Shown here: piece after piece, positions 61,403 to 64,000 of the stretch
Layout of the letters: each line of letters starts with the position of its first letter
Numbering within the stretch: position 1 is the stretch's first letter
DNA from: Blastocystis sp. Blastoise
Lineage: Eukaryota; Protista; Bigyra: Opalinata
Assembly (NCBI GenBank): GCA_039096225.1
Contig: JBBPEB010000006.1
Location: forward strand, 372,001 to 436,000
Reading direction: 5' to 3'
DNA length: 64,000 bases
Notes under the pieces: model-generated
What the model saw: the letters and a program-made list of their open reading frames with translations, nothing else
The model's database searches: none
What the model was told of the DNA's origin: nothing
Translations under genes and position numbers: made by a program

Positions 61403-63995
61403 TTAAATAGCAAATCGTTTAATAATACCATCAAAAAGAAGATTATCATAGACTCTAATATTATCTAATTTATATTCATTAAGACCGGATAAATTAATCA
61501 CTTGATATTCAAAATATTCAGTTGATTGGGCAATTGTACGGAATTCAAGTTCAGTTATGTACGAGAATTCAGCGTAATAGGATGAAGGAATAAATATAAT
61601 ATATGTAATAAATATAATAAATATAATATATATATAAGGAATAAAGGATATCTTTGTCTTTTGAGGAATAAGTTGATCTAATTTAATCGCGGGAGTTTCA
61701 ACAAATGCTTTTCGTACGGAATCTTGTACATGAGGATCCATAGTAAATGAGTATACTCATTAAGAATGTATATATATAATATATGTAATAATAATAATAA
61801 ACATAATAATAATAATAAATATAATAAATATAATAAACATAATAATAATATATAAGGATATATAGGGACGAATATCTTCAACTCTTTCAATAAGTCTACC
61901 TCCTGAGTATATATCACCAAAAGAACATTTCTTACCACTATCACCACAATTAAACATAGGTAATACTAATACTCTATTTAATAAACGAGATATTTTGATA
62001 GCATTCAATAAACGAAGCTCTTGAGCATCTACATAATATAATATAATATAATATAATATAATATAATAAAAATAATATAATAATAAAATAATAAAAATAA
62101 TAAAATAATAAAATAATAAAAATAATAAAAATAATAAAAATAATAACAATAATAAAAATAATAACAATAATAACAATAATAACAATAATAAAAATAATAA
62201 AAACAAAATAGTAATATATATACCAGGTTGATCAGGAATAAAAGGATTTTCATAAATAAGTAATTTCTTATCAATATTATAATAAATAGGAAGAAGAGGA
62301 GTATATAGATTCATATCCATCATTCTGAATAACTTGTCACTTTCAGTTTGAAGGTCGTTATGAATGACAACGGCTACATCATTCTCTATATACATAATAA
62401 TAATAATAATAATAAAATGAATTCTATATCAATATATATATACCTTTATCAAGTTTATAAATATTATACATATCAAATAAAGTAGCACCACTAACAACAG
62501 TATCTAATATCTATATAATAATAATATATAATAATAATAAACATAATAATAAACATAATAATAATATATAATAATAATAAAACATAGAATAGAACATACT
62601 TCAGTAATAATACCACTGTCTTCTTTAGCTTCATATAATTTAATAAGAAGAGAGGGAGATTTTTGTAATTCATGCATATAACTAAGAGTCATAATTGTAG
62701 GATGAAATATACTATATAGAATATATAACAATTATTGATTACGAATATAAATCTTTTAATAGAAATGAATGGATATCTACAATGAATTCAGATATAAAAT
62801 AATATATATATATACATGAAAGCATAAGCAAGATTCGTAATAGGAAAAGAAGGAACATGTATATCACAATCATAACAGGAATAAGAACGAGGAAGAGGTT
62901 TTACAAGTGAAACATCAGCACCAATGAAAGTAACACTATAACCGTCTTCTAATATCTATATAATAATAATAATATTAATAATAATAATAAAATTATAAAG
63001 CTATATTAATATACCAATAAGAATGATAATAATAAACAAAAAAAAAAAATAACAAACAACAAAATAATAATAATAATAATAAAAACTAAACTTTTACAAG
63101 AATCACCTATATATATATAAACATACAGCAGAAATCTTTTGAATAACAATAGAAGAGAGTGGGTCACCAATAGTACCTTGATCATCTTCAGACTTCTTCA
63201 ATAAAACCACGGGAATTCGATCAAGTTTTAAGCGATCAAATACTTCAGGAACAGTAACATATATAATAATATTCCATAATCCATTACGTAAAACTATATT
63301 GTCATAAAATGAATAAAATAATTCCATATTTTGATAAGGGAAGAAATATATAACAATTTGCTTAGAAATAGCTAATTGTGTTATAAAATCATTTTCTTCT
63401 AAACTTTTTTCTGTAATATATTGTGGAATACTAGCTTTTATACGAGAAACAACAGGATTATCTAACTATTCAATATTAAAAAAAAAAATAAATTAAAATT
63501 ATATATAAATAAACATACGACAGGAATAACTAATAAAGAAGATTTAGCAAGAACATCATTATTCTTTTTCTCTTTAATATCTACACAATTAATCATAATT
63601 AAAATATTATAAAATATTAAAAATACTTTGAAGATAACTTTCCTTATTTTCAAAATTATTATCTAAATAAAATAATTATTAGTTTTAAATTATCATTGTT
63701 TGTATTCGAAATAAAACTATAAAAGAAGAAACATACATTGATATAAACCTCTCTTAATAGTAGTCATCTTTAATTGATTCATACCACTCATCATACGAAT
63801 ACTAGCAGGAATGAAAACAAAAACCATGATAAAAGCAACAAATCCACCAATAAGCAAATAGGCGTTCTTCTTGAGTTTCAATCTTTTAAGACCTGATTCG
63901 TTTAACCAGATTTGAAATTGACGATTCAAATTTGAAGCAACTCTCTGAATGGATTCTATTATATCAGTAAAAGATGTTTGGCTTCTTTGATTCAT
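61403..63995 (-). CDS. Type II membrane nucleotide-diphospho-sugar transferase (GT77-like glycosyltransferase), 10 exons, last two introns AT-AC
   Basis: N-terminal TM anchor, ILEDGYSVTFIGADV (GT77 L..GY.V...D.DV pattern), LLNAIKISRLLNRVLVLPMFNC and RPY|SFTMDPHV. Confidence 0.6.
61574..61651 (-). other. U12-type AT-AC intron (78 nt, in frame, stop-free)
   Basis: aca aag | ATATCCTTTA ... TTCCTTCAT cctattAC | gct gaa; interior has the low-complexity T/A composition of introns here. Confidence 0.8.
61751..61861 (-). other. U12-type AT-AC intron (111 nt)
   Basis: ccc tat | ATATCCTTAT ... TTCTTAAT gagtatAC | tca ttt; contains an in-frame stop, so it must be removed. Confidence 0.9.
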
Positions 63996-64000
63996 TATTA

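Overview
Very AT-rich, gene-dense eukaryotic (protist) DNA. The gene content (secreted legumain, bacterial-type ROK kinase, a giant Ig-like/carbohydrate-binding surface protein) suggests a Blastocystis-like anaerobic stramenopile, which is an inference only. Manual splicing gives 16 protein genes with about 110 introns and one tRNA-Gly(GCC). The genes are RPA1 (3' part), condensin CAP-H, PMCA Ca2+-ATPase, eIF4A, TSR1, THOC5-like, a multi-KH protein, an ABCA transporter, a CCCH zinc finger, a HAD hydrolase, INO1, ROK kinase, legumain, a surface protein, an MFS sugar porter and a GT77-like glycosyltransferase. Most short ORFs in the supplied track are artefacts of intronic (TA)n/(AAT)n repeats. 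Main signals: (1) three AT-AC U12-type (minor spliceosome) introns with ATATCC 5' sites and TT(C)CTTMAT branch points, two of them consecutive in one gene, about 3% of introns; (2) five further introns with no usable GT-AG pair (GT-AA x2, GT-AT, GG-AG, GA/AT-AG), where the aberrant end copies the exon across the junction, either real non-canonical splicing or an RNA-polishing artefact; (3) adjacent HAD phosphatase, INO1 and ROK kinase genes that could form a glucose-to-inositol pathway; (4) a Cys/His-rich insertion in PMCA; (5) a recurrent GC-rich palindrome TTCCCRYGGGAA inside exons.
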